From an uncultured Planctomycetaceae bacterium (GTDB taxonomy: Bacteria; Planctomycetota; Planctomycetia; Planctomycetales; Planctomycetaceae), in assembly GCA_963815195.1 (NCBI GenBank), contig CAWFGE010000012.1, positions 704,001 to 768,000 on the forward strand: a stretch of DNA of 64,000 nt, given 5' to 3'. Both the position numbers and the translations under genes were made by a program. Shown here one piece after another: positions 13,484 to 23,660 of this stretch (positions are counted from its first letter, which is position 1; every line of letters begins with the position of its first letter). The notes under the pieces are model-generated. The model was not told where the DNA came from. It made no database searches and was given only the letters and a program-made list of their open reading frames with translations.

Positions 13484-16400
13484 ATGATGGTACATCTCTC
13501 AACAAAAGTTCATGTGTTGTTCCTGTTGGCGGCGGTCTTGGCGTTGGTGGCCGCGGATCCGGTGCTGGCTCAACCCGGTGGACGGGGCGGTCGCAGCAGC
13601 CGCGGCGGCGGATTTGGGGACCGTTCGAGCCCGTTCCGCATGCTCGGCCAGGACGACGTGAAGAAGGAACTCAGCCTGACGGATGCGCAGTTGGATCAGA
13701 TCGAAAAGCTCCAGGAGAGCCTCCAACCGTCCGAGGAAGACCGGCAACGAAGCGGCGACCGGTTTCGCCAGGTGCAGACGGACGAAGAACGCACCGCGCT
13801 CTTTGCGGAAATGCGAAAAGAGCAGGAGGCCCAAAGCGAAACCGCGATGACGAAGCTCAAGGACCTTTTGAAGGCCGAGCAATACGATCGGCTGGAGCAG
13901 CTCCGGTTTCAGGAGTTGGGCGTGAGCGCCCTGGCCAGCGAACGCGTCTCGACGGAACTCAAACTCAGCGGCCAGCAGAAAGAGCAAATCGCGAATGTGA
14001 TCGAAGAGTCCCGCACCGCCATGCGCGAACTGGGTTTCCGCACGCCCCGCGAAGAACGGGAAAAAGCCCAAGAAGAATGGAACACCAAGATTCTCGCGGC
14101 CCTCACGCAGGATCAGAAAACGGCCTGGCAGAATCTGCAGGGGGCTCCACTGAAAGACGCGGATTCCTCGGCCGCCCCGCCCGCCAATGGAACCGCGGCA
14201 CCGGCCGCCGGGAACGCGCCGGGTTCCGTCCGCGAAACCTACACGCCGCCCGCAAACGACGGCCCCGTGGTCGTGTCCTTTGACGGCGGGAAAACTCAAC
14301 TCGCCGACGCCGGCGGGGCGGCCGCGGCCGAAAAGCCCGCGCCGATCGAAAAGCCCGCGCCGTCCGAAAAGCCGCGCGACAAGGACCAATCGATTCAGTT
14401 CCACCTGGAAAACGCCCCCTGGGAGATGGTGCTGACTCAGTTCGCCAAGAAGGCCGGCTTGACCTTGCAGATTTTGAACATGCCGCCGGGCACCGTGACC
14501 TATACCAACGACCAGAAATGGTACACCCCCACCGAAGCCTTGGACATTCTGCACGGATACCTCCTGCAGAAGGGGTTTGTGATGATCAAGCGGGACCGGT
14601 TTTTGGTGGTGCTCAACATCGACATCTACCCGATTCCGCCCAACTTGATTCCCAACATTACGATTGCGGATTTGGAGGACGGCGACTTCGGCCAGCATCA
14701 ACTGGTCAGCGTGGTCCTTCCCTTGGAAGAAGCCGACGCCAACGATGCCGCCCGCGACGTGGAACCCCTGTTGGGACCGCAAGGCAAAGTCTCTCCCCTC
14801 ACCGTTTCCAACGCGGTGGTGGTCAGGGACACCTATTCCAACTTGCAGCGGATTCACCGGCTGCTCAAAGGCGTCACCGCCAAGATCGATCCCGAAGCCC
14901 AGCAGTTCCAGTCCTTCCCGCTGAAATACGTCGCGGCGGGCGAAGCGGAAATCATCGTCCGCGATCAACTGGGCTTGGGCAGCGGCGTGACGAATGTGAG
15001 TTCGGGCTCGAGCGGGTTTGGCGGTTTCAGCTTCGGCAGCCGGGGATCTTCCTCCTCTCGGGGGAGTTCCTCCCGTCCCACCACCAACAGCAATTCCACG
15101 CCCGAAGCCAAGGTGACGGCCGATCCGCGGACCAACTCGCTGCTGGTGACGGCCACGAAAAACCAGTTGGCGATCGCCGAGCAGGTGCTGTTGACGCTGG
15201 ACGTGAGCGACGACAACATCGCCAATCCCGGCATGCGGAACGCGGGCATCCCCTACTTGAAGGTGTACCATCTCCAACGGGCCGACGCCCGGGAAGTCAC
15301 CAAGACCTTGGATGCGCTCATCCCCGGCGTGGTCGTCAATGAAGACGGCCGCGAACGGACGATCCACATCAAAGCCACCGACGCCCAGCACGAGAAGGTC
15401 GCGAAGTTGATCCAGGAACTCGATGGCACCGGAGCGAGCGCGGTCGTGGTGATTGGCCTCAGCAAGTTGGATCCGTCCGCTGCGTCTAGCATTTTGAACA
15501 CAATGTTCGTCCGTGATGGCGAGGATGCCCCGACCATCACGCCCGAGCCTTACAGCCGGCAGTTGATCGTCCGGGGCAGCAACGATCAGATCGCCCAGGT
15601 GAAGATTATGTTAAACGGGCTGGGCGAAGACGGCAGCGGGACACCGGCGAAGGGCCAGGAGGGGCCGTTGCGCCGCAGATCCTTGGGCGGTCGCGATGCG
15701 GAGGAATTTGCCAGGATTCTGGAGCGGCTGTGGAGTAGTTCGTCCGATACGCCGATCCGCGTGGTGATTCCCTCCAACAGCCCGATCCGCGACCGGCGGA
15801 TTCCGTCGCTGCTCGATGAGCCGCGGGAGTTCGGCCCGGCCCGCCCCACGACCCAGAACCGGACGCGTTCCGAGGATTTGGATTCTCAATCGACTTTGAA
15901 CGAGCGAAAGCCCTTCGAGATCGATGCGTCCGCGGCCCCCCAGCTTTCGGGAATCCGGCCGCTGTTTCCGGTGAGCATGGAAATCACCACGACCGATCCC
16001 GCCCCCGCGCAAGCCGACCCGCAGCCGAGACCCGCCGCCTACGAAGACCCGGCTCCGTCCGCCAAGCAGCCCGGGCAACAGGCTCCAAATGCCCGGCCCT
16101 TGCCCGAAAAGGCTCCGGTGGAGAAACCCGCGGCGGCGGTGCCGAGCACCGCGACGCTGCGTCTGAGCAAGAGCGGCCAGATGACGTTCAACGGCGACCC
16201 GATCTCCGCGGTGCAGCTTTCGATCCGCTCGGCGGAATGGCTGAAGGCCGTGCCCGAAGACGATCGGACCTTTATCATCAACACGCACCCGGACACGCCC
16301 GCGGGGGTATTGGCGCCGGTGTTGGGGATCGTGACCAAAATGGGCATCCAGCCGAGTTTGAAGATGTCGGCCGATGAGGCTCCCGAACCCGCGGCGAAGC

Positions 16401-17725
16401 TCCAACCCGTCCCGGCCCAGAGCGAGAACGCGGAACCCGTCAAAAGCAACTCCCCATCGGCCGCCCCCGTGACGCCCAAGACGCCCGCCGGAACCGCCCA
16501 AGCGAAACCCGGCGAACTGCCCATCATCGTCACCGTCCGCGGCAACGAGTTGGTGCTCTTCGACCAGTCCGGCAAAAGCGAGTCGCTCGATGAAATGGAA
16601 GCCATGATCGAGCAACTGCAAATGGCGATTCCCCCGCGGACCACCTGGACGGTGTATTATCTGCGCTCGGCCGACGCCTACGAAACCTCGATGATGCTCG
16701 AACAATTGTTTCCGAGCAGTTCCGTCGGCACGGCGCTCTCGTCCGACGACGGCTCGTTCTTCGGCGGGCTGACGAACAGTCTCACGTCCCTGGGCAACGG
16801 CCTCGTCGATGCCGCGGGCATGAACTCGCTCACGCAGAACCCCAGCGTCTTGAAGATCATCCCCGAAATTCGCTCCAATTCGCTGTTCGTCACCGGACCG
16901 GCGGACCAGGTCCGGCAGGTGGAGGACATGCTCAAGGTGCTCGACGCGGACGATCTCCCCGAATCCCTCCGCGAACGCGTGCCCCGCATGATCCCCGTGG
17001 AATACGCCAACGTCAACGACGTCGCCACCATTGTGAAAGACGTCTATAAAGATTACATGGAAGACAACAGCCGGCAGCAAGGCCGGGGCACGAACCCCTT
17101 CGCGATGATGTTGGGCGGCGGGCAAAATAACGGAAACGGCAGCCGGGGTGGTAACAGCGGCGGCCGGCAGAGTACGCCCGTGCGGATGACCGTGGGCGTG
17201 GACACCCAAACCAGCAAGCTGGTCGTCTCGGCCAACGATTCGCTGTTCCGGCAGGTGGAATTGATGGTCAAGGAACTCGACATGGCGGCAAAAGAAGCCC
17301 GCCGGAGCGTGCAGATTGTGAACGTCACGGAATCCGATTCCGTCGTGCTTCAGCAGGCCTTGTCCGCGCTGTTGCCCACGGTGAGCGTGGCCACCACGAG
17401 CACCTCAAACAACAATTCGCCCCCCCAATTTAACGGCGGCGGGGATGATGCGGCCCAGCGCACGGCGTATTTCCAACAGATGCGCAGCTCGCGGTCCGGC
17501 AGCGACAATTCGCGGAGCGGATTCAGCGGCCGCGGCGGATCCTCGGACAGCGGCAGCGGGTTCGGCGGCCGCGGCAGTAGCAGCGGGTTCGGCGGCCGCG
17601 GCAGCAGCAGCGGTTTCGGCGGCCGCGGCAGTAGCAGCGGATTCGGCGGCCGCGGCAGCAGCAGCGGTTTCGGCGGCCGCGGCAGTAGCAGCGGACGCGG
17701 CGGATTCGGCGGCCGCGGGAATTAG
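13484..17725 (+). CDS. Secretin N-domain repeat protein (GspD-like) without a recognisable secretin beta-barrel
   Basis: Signal peptide; LTxxQ (Spy/CpxP-like) helical repeats; N0-like domain (FHLENAPWEMVLTQFAKKAG); about 7 NolW/KH-like repeats (e.g. ADPRTNSLLVTA, EIRSNSLFVTG, DTQTSKLVVSA); ends in a G/S/R/F tail. Confidence 0.85.
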   Translation: MMVHLSTKVHVLFLLAAVLALVAADPVLAQPGGRGGRSSRGGGFGDRSSPFRMLGQDDVKKELSLTDAQLDQIEKLQESLQPSEEDRQRSGDRFRQVQTDEERTALFAEMRKEQEAQSETAMTKLKDLLKAEQYDRLEQLRFQELGVSALASERVSTELKLSGQQKEQIANVIEESRTAMRELGFRTPREEREKAQEEWNTKILAALTQDQKTAWQNLQGAPLKDADSSAAPPANGTAAPAAGNAPGSVRETYTPPANDGPVVVSFDGGKTQLADAGGAAAAEKPAPIEKPAPSEKPRDKDQSIQFHLENAPWEMVLTQFAKKAGLTLQILNMPPGTVTYTNDQKWYTPTEALDILHGYLLQKGFVMIKRDRFLVVLNIDIYPIPPNLIPNITIADLEDGDFGQHQLVSVVLPLEEADANDAARDVEPLLGPQGKVSPLTVSNAVVVRDTYSNLQRIHRLLKGVTAKIDPEAQQFQSFPLKYVAAGEAEIIVRDQLGLGSGVTNVSSGSSGFGGFSFGSRGSSSSRGSSSRPTTNSNSTPEAKVTADPRTNSLLVTATKNQLAIAEQVLLTLDVSDDNIANPGMRNAGIPYLKVYHLQRADAREVTKTLDALIPGVVVNEDGRERTIHIKATDAQHEKVAKLIQELDGTGASAVVVIGLSKLDPSAASSILNTMFVRDGEDAPTITPEPYSRQLIVRGSNDQIAQVKIMLNGLGEDGSGTPAKGQEGPLRRRSLGGRDAEEFARILERLWSSSSDTPIRVVIPSNSPIRDRRIPSLLDEPREFGPARPTTQNRTRSEDLDSQSTLNERKPFEIDASAAPQLSGIRPLFPVSMEITTTDPAPAQADPQPRPAAYEDPAPSAKQPGQQAPNARPLPEKAPVEKPAAAVPSTATLRLSKSGQMTFNGDPISAVQLSIRSAEWLKAVPEDDRTFIINTHPDTPAGVLAPVLGIVTKMGIQPSLKMSADEAPEPAAKLQPVPAQSENAEPVKSNSPSAAPVTPKTPAGTAQAKPGELPIIVTVRGNELVLFDQSGKSESLDEMEAMIEQLQMAIPPRTTWTVYYLRSADAYETSMMLEQLFPSSSVGTALSSDDGSFFGGLTNSLTSLGNGLVDAAGMNSLTQNPSVLKIIPEIRSNSLFVTGPADQVRQVEDMLKVLDADDLPESLRERVPRMIPVEYANVNDVATIVKDVYKDYMEDNSRQQGRGTNPFAMMLGGGQNNGNGSRGGNSGGRQSTPVRMTVGVDTQTSKLVVSANDSLFRQVELMVKELDMAAKEARRSVQIVNVTESDSVVLQQALSALLPTVSVATTSTSNNNSPPQFNGGGDDAAQRTAYFQQMRSSRSGSDNSRSGFSGRGGSSDSGSGFGGRGSSSGFGGRGSSSGFGGRGSSSGFGGRGSSSGFGGRGSSSGRGGFGGRGN
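17558..17692 (+). repeat. Coding tandem repeat, 5 x 27 bp (GFGGRGSSS)
   Basis: ggNttcggcggccgcggcagYagcagc repeated five times, with synonymous third-position variation. Confidence 0.95.
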
Positions 17726-17866
17726 TGAGAATTGTTTCTGCGAAACGTCAAGGATTGAACACGGCACCGACACGAATGTTGGTGTCGCCTGGGGATGGCA
17801 AATCGGAACGTCCCCGAAAACTGGGCCTGGTATTCGTTGGGTTTTTGAACTCAAAGCGTGGTTGGA

Positions 17867-19552
<1,686 letters not shown>

Positions 19553-19560
19553 CTTTTTTG

Positions 19561-19623
19561 TGAGCGGCACGGCGCTCGCCGCCGGTTCGTTGCACAAACC
19601 GGCGGCGAGCGCCGTGCCGCTCA
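19561..19623. repeat. REP-like palindrome (family A)
   Basis: tgagcggcacggcgctcgccgccggtt / aaccggcggcgagcgccgtgccgctca perfect inverted repeat; same unit as at 3602 and 58978. Confidence 0.9.
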
Positions 19624-19681
19624 AGTGTTTCCCCCTCGCAATGTCCCACCAGACACGTTTTCGTTAGTTCGTTAGATTTCC

Positions 19682-20890
19682 ATGCCTGATTTCCAATACA
19701 TCGCCCGCGAACTTTCCGGACGCCAGGTCACAGGGGTGCTCTCGGCGGCGAGCGAGCACGATGCGCTGGGATCGCTCGCGGCGAAAAGCCTGTTCCCGGT
19801 TCGGATCGCTTTGGCCGACGGAGCGAAAACCCAATCCCAACTCGTCCGCGGCCGGGTCCGAGCCCGGCATCTGGCCGTGTTCTACACCCAGCTCGCGGAT
19901 CTGCTCCGCTCCGGCGTGCCGCTGCTCCGGTCCCTGGAACTCTTGGAACGGCAAACCTCGCAAAACACGCTGAAGCACGTCATTCAAGACGTGAAAGAGC
20001 AGGTGGCCGACGGGACCCGGCTCGCGGAATCCATGCGCCGGCATCCCCGCGTGTTCGGCGAACTGGCCGTGAGCATGGTGCGGGCGGGCGAGGAAGGCGG
20101 CTTCCTGGAAGATGTGCTCAAACGCATCTCGGCGTTTACCGAGCATCAGGAGGAACTCAAAGCCCGGGTCGTGGGGGCGATGGTCTATCCCATGTTCTTG
20201 CTGGTGATGGGCGGGGGGATCGTGGTGGCGATGCTCACGTTCTTCGTTCCCAAATTCACGCCGATCTTCGACCGCATGGCCGAGCGGGGTTCGCTGCCCT
20301 GGGCCACGACCGCGCTCATGAGCCTCAGCGAGTCCATGCAGGTTTACGGCCTGGTGTTCGCGGGCTTGATTGCGGGCGGGGCGTATTTTCTGATTCGCTA
20401 CGTCAAAACCGAAGAAGGCCGGTTCAGGTACGATCGCTACCGGCTCGTGGCCTTCGGCGTGGGGCCGATTGTGCGGAGCCTCGCCATCGCGCGGTTTTGC
20501 CGGATTCTGGGAACGCTCCTCAAAAATGGGGTGCCGATTTTGCAGTCGCTCCGCATCGCCAAGGACGCCACCGGAAATCAGGTGCTCAGCCAGGCCATCG
20601 GCGACGCCGCCGAGAACGTCTCCTCCGGGAAAGCCCTCGCGGAACCGCTGCGGGGCAGCGGGCAGTTTCCGGAAGAGGTCGTGGAAATGATTGCCGTCGG
20701 CGAGGAAGCCAACAACCTGGAACAAGTTTTGATCGACATCGCCGAGAACATGGAACGCCACACCAACCGCCGGCTGGAAATGTTCGTGCGTTTGCTGGAA
20801 CCCTTGTTGCTGCTGTTGATGGCGGGAATCATTTTGTTCGTCGTCGCGGGTTTGATGCTCCCCATCCTGCAAAGCTCCGGCGTGTTTTGA
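19682..20890 (+). CDS. gspF: Type II secretion inner-membrane platform protein GspF
   Basis: QLADLLRSGVPL, GEEGGFL, AMVYP plus TM, LLKNGVPI, GEEANNL, LLEP plus C-terminal TM. Confidence 0.95.
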   Translation: MPDFQYIARELSGRQVTGVLSAASEHDALGSLAAKSLFPVRIALADGAKTQSQLVRGRVRARHLAVFYTQLADLLRSGVPLLRSLELLERQTSQNTLKHVIQDVKEQVADGTRLAESMRRHPRVFGELAVSMVRAGEEGGFLEDVLKRISAFTEHQEELKARVVGAMVYPMFLLVMGGGIVVAMLTFFVPKFTPIFDRMAERGSLPWATTALMSLSESMQVYGLVFAGLIAGGAYFLIRYVKTEEGRFRYDRYRLVAFGVGPIVRSLAIARFCRILGTLLKNGVPILQSLRIAKDATGNQVLSQAIGDAAENVSSGKALAEPLRGSGQFPEEVVEMIAVGEEANNLEQVLIDIAENMERHTNRRLEMFVRLLEPLLLLLMAGIILFVVAGLMLPILQSSGVF

Positions 20891-21095
20891 CCTACCCAGT
20901 TTGTGGCCTTTGCCCCTTTGTGGCCTCTGTGGCCTGATTTAGAAACAAACTTTCGACCCAAACACCCTTGTGCGGGGTTTATTAACAAATCACCATAGAA
21001 ATAAGCGGGCGGTCTCGGCGAGAGTCTTTTTCCCGGCGATGTTTCCCACCTTTTTTGCGTCACTTTCCCCCTCCAAGAGCGAATAGGACCAATCC

Positions 21096-21536
21096 ATGAA
21101 AAAACCCACCCAAAATCGCGTCCGCCGAGGCGGTTTCACCCTCATCGAAGTTCTGCTCGTGCTCGCGATTCTGGGCGTCATCGCCGCGATGGTCGTCCCG
21201 AACCTGCTGGGCACACAGAAAGAAGCCTACATCAAAACCACAAAACGAAGCATCGACAGTTTGGAGAACACGGCCAAAATGTATGCCACCAAGCACGACG
21301 GCGAATGGCCGCAAAGCTTGCAACAGCTTTTGGAACAGGAAAACCAGGGCGGCATGGTGATCCAGCCCCTGCTCGACAAAATCCCGAACGACGCCTGGGG
21401 CATGCCGCTGCAATACCAGTACACCCCCGGCGAACTCAAGCCGCTGATCTCTTCCTTCGGCCCCAACAAGCAACAAGGCGGCGGCGACGACCTCACCAAT
21501 CAAGACGACCAAAACGGCCAGCAACCGCGGTTGTAA
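21096..21536 (+). CDS. gspG: Major pseudopilin GspG
   Basis: Prepilin site RRGG/FTLIEVLLVLAILG; DAWG...YQY...SFGPNKQQGGGDDL C-terminal motif typical of GspG. Confidence 0.9.
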   Translation: MKKPTQNRVRRGGFTLIEVLLVLAILGVIAAMVVPNLLGTQKEAYIKTTKRSIDSLENTAKMYATKHDGEWPQSLQQLLEQENQGGMVIQPLLDKIPNDAWGMPLQYQYTPGELKPLISSFGPNKQQGGGDDLTNQDDQNGQQPRL

Positions 21537-21569
21537 TCCTCTGGATTCTGAATCGGAGATGCCTGTTCC

Positions 21570-22223
21570 GTGAATCGCCCGTTCCAACAAACGTCCATCC
21601 GAAAACGTCAGCCCGACCGCCACGGCGTGACGCTGGTGGAGATGTTGTTGGTGCTGGCGATTTTGGCGGTGTTGGCCGGGATTACGCTGCCGAATTTGCA
21701 GCGGGTCTGGGCCGATCACAAAATCCAGGAAGCCTCCGAGATGGTCCGCTCGGAACTCGCCGGCACGCGGAACAAGGCCATCGACGGCATGCTGATCTAC
21801 GAGTTTCGCTACGAACTCGGCGGCAACCGGTTTTTGGTTATTCCGCACGAGTCCTACCAGGCCGTCCAAACGGCGAGCGCGGCCGGGCAGCCGGCGGCGA
21901 ATGGGGATCAACTCTACCGGGCCGCCGGCGAAATGCGGCCCGGCGTGCAGTTTGCCGCGACGACCCACGAAGAACTCGCCAACTTGGGCATCCCCGTGAT
22001 CGAGCAATCGGTGCCCGTCGCGGACTGGCAACTGCAAGGACTGCCGGGCGTGGACGAGTTGGGCGGCTTGAAGTGGTCCGAGCCGATTCTGTTCTATCCC
22101 GACGGTTCCGCGAACCAGTCGCTCATCCGGATCGAAGATGGCTACGGGCAGGTGATGGAACTGACCGTGCGCGGCCTGACCGGTGCGGTGTCCGCCACGC
22201 TCACCCAAAAGGAGCGGCTCTGA
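21570..22223 (+). CDS. Minor pseudopilin, GspH-like
   Basis: RHG/VTLVEMLLVLAIL; ILFYPDGSA motif; position after gspG. Confidence 0.8.
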   Translation: MNRPFQQTSIRKRQPDRHGVTLVEMLLVLAILAVLAGITLPNLQRVWADHKIQEASEMVRSELAGTRNKAIDGMLIYEFRYELGGNRFLVIPHESYQAVQTASAAGQPAANGDQLYRAAGEMRPGVQFAATTHEELANLGIPVIEQSVPVADWQLQGLPGVDELGGLKWSEPILFYPDGSANQSLIRIEDGYGQVMELTVRGLTGAVSATLTQKERL

Positions 22224-22705
22224 TGAAACGGCTCGTTGACAGAAACACCGTGGCATCTTTTGAACGAACGCGGAGCGGGTTGACGCTTTTGGAGGTCGTG
22301 TTGACCTTGGGGATTTTTGTGGCGGCGATGGCGGTGCTTTCGGAACTGGTGGCGAGCGGGCACCGGGCGGCTCTCGACGCGCGCTTGCAGACCGAGGCCA
22401 TCATCCGGGCCGAGGCCAAGATGAACGAAGTCATCGCCAACCCGAGCCTGCTGGTCGCTGCATCGGGGATGCCCTTTGAGGAAGAGTATTCCGCGGGCAC
22501 CGGGCAGTGGACCTGGAGCCTGGCGGTGCAGTCGTGGGATCAAAACACGAACCTGTTGCAGTTGGAACTGACGGTGTCGCATCTCTCGGGGTCGGGGATG
22601 GGGAATGCGACTTATACCTTGAGGCGTTACGTCCGGGACCCGCAGGCGCTGTTGGAAGCCGAGGCCGCGACCGAAGCCGCCGCATCCGAGGAGGCCGTCC
22701 AATGA
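22223..22705 (+). CDS. Minor pseudopilin, GspI-like
   Basis: RSG/LTLLEVVLTLGIF; TGATG overlap with the previous gene. Confidence 0.8.
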   Translation: MKRLVDRNTVASFERTRSGLTLLEVVLTLGIFVAAMAVLSELVASGHRAALDARLQTEAIIRAEAKMNEVIANPSLLVAASGMPFEEEYSAGTGQWTWSLAVQSWDQNTNLLQLELTVSHLSGSGMGNATYTLRRYVRDPQALLEAEAATEAAASEEAVQ

Positions 22706-23562
22706 TTCGCACGCGATCCAAGGCGACGCCCGTTGTCAGAAGCCGCCGGGGTTATACGCTCTTGGAAGTGCTGTTGGCGCTGGGCCTCAGCAGTTTGCTG
22801 ATGCTCCTGGTGTATGGGGCGATGGAATCGTTCTGGCGGCTCGACTCGTTGGGCCGGCTCGATGCCGAGCGCTGCCAATTGGCCCGCACGCTGATCCGGC
22901 GGATGGAAATGGATGTTCGCTCGGTGACCTATAAGCCCGCCGACACCAGCACGAGCAGCGGGACGGCCTCGCAAACGCAGGCCGCGGACGAAGGCGCGGG
23001 AAACACGGCGACGGGTTCGGGCACGCAGTCGCAGGCTCAAAGCACCACGGTCGAGGTGGAAGAGGACGATTCTTATCTCGTCTCCGGCGTGCATTTGATC
23101 GGAACGTCGCAGTCGCTGGAGATGATCGTGCTCAAGCCCTTCCGCAACCGCACGGGCAGCCTGCAGGACGAGCTTTACGTCGAGCGCCAAAGCGACCGTC
23201 GCAAGGTCGGTTACATGTTCTCCTCGTCCGGCCTTTATTACCGGAACGTCGATCAGCAGGTCGAGCAGATGCTCGAAGCCCAGGGCAGTCTGCCGGATCC
23301 GAGCGCGGATTATGTTTTGCTCGCCGCCGAGGTGGCCGATCTTCGCTTTCAGTATTTGGACGGCACGACGAACACCTGGATGGACCAATGGCACAGCCGG
23401 GACATGGCGGGGCTGCCGCGGGCGATCAAGGTCAACATCCAGTTTTACCCGGCCTCGATGGCCAGTTCGAATCGGTTGCGGCAATCCGGCACAAGCGCTT
23501 CGACCGAAGTGTTTCAAAGCGTCATCCATTTGCCGCTGTCCGATGTCCCGTTGGAGTTGTGA
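22702..23562 (+). CDS. Minor pseudopilin, GspJ-like
   Basis: RRG/YTLLEVLLALGL; LRFQYLDG...WMDQW...LPRAIKVNI C-terminal motif; ATGA overlap. Confidence 0.82.
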   Translation: MIRTRSKATPVVRSRRGYTLLEVLLALGLSSLLMLLVYGAMESFWRLDSLGRLDAERCQLARTLIRRMEMDVRSVTYKPADTSTSSGTASQTQAADEGAGNTATGSGTQSQAQSTTVEVEEDDSYLVSGVHLIGTSQSLEMIVLKPFRNRTGSLQDELYVERQSDRRKVGYMFSSSGLYYRNVDQQVEQMLEAQGSLPDPSADYVLLAAEVADLRFQYLDGTTNTWMDQWHSRDMAGLPRAIKVNIQFYPASMASSNRLRQSGTSASTEVFQSVIHLPLSDVPLEL

Positions 23563-23660
23563 ACCAGACACAAAGAGCCCCGCGCGAAGTCAGCGATTCA
23601 GCGTTGACGTTACTCCGTTGACTTCGTCGTGCGCGGCTCTTTAGAGAGAAAAGCGAAACC

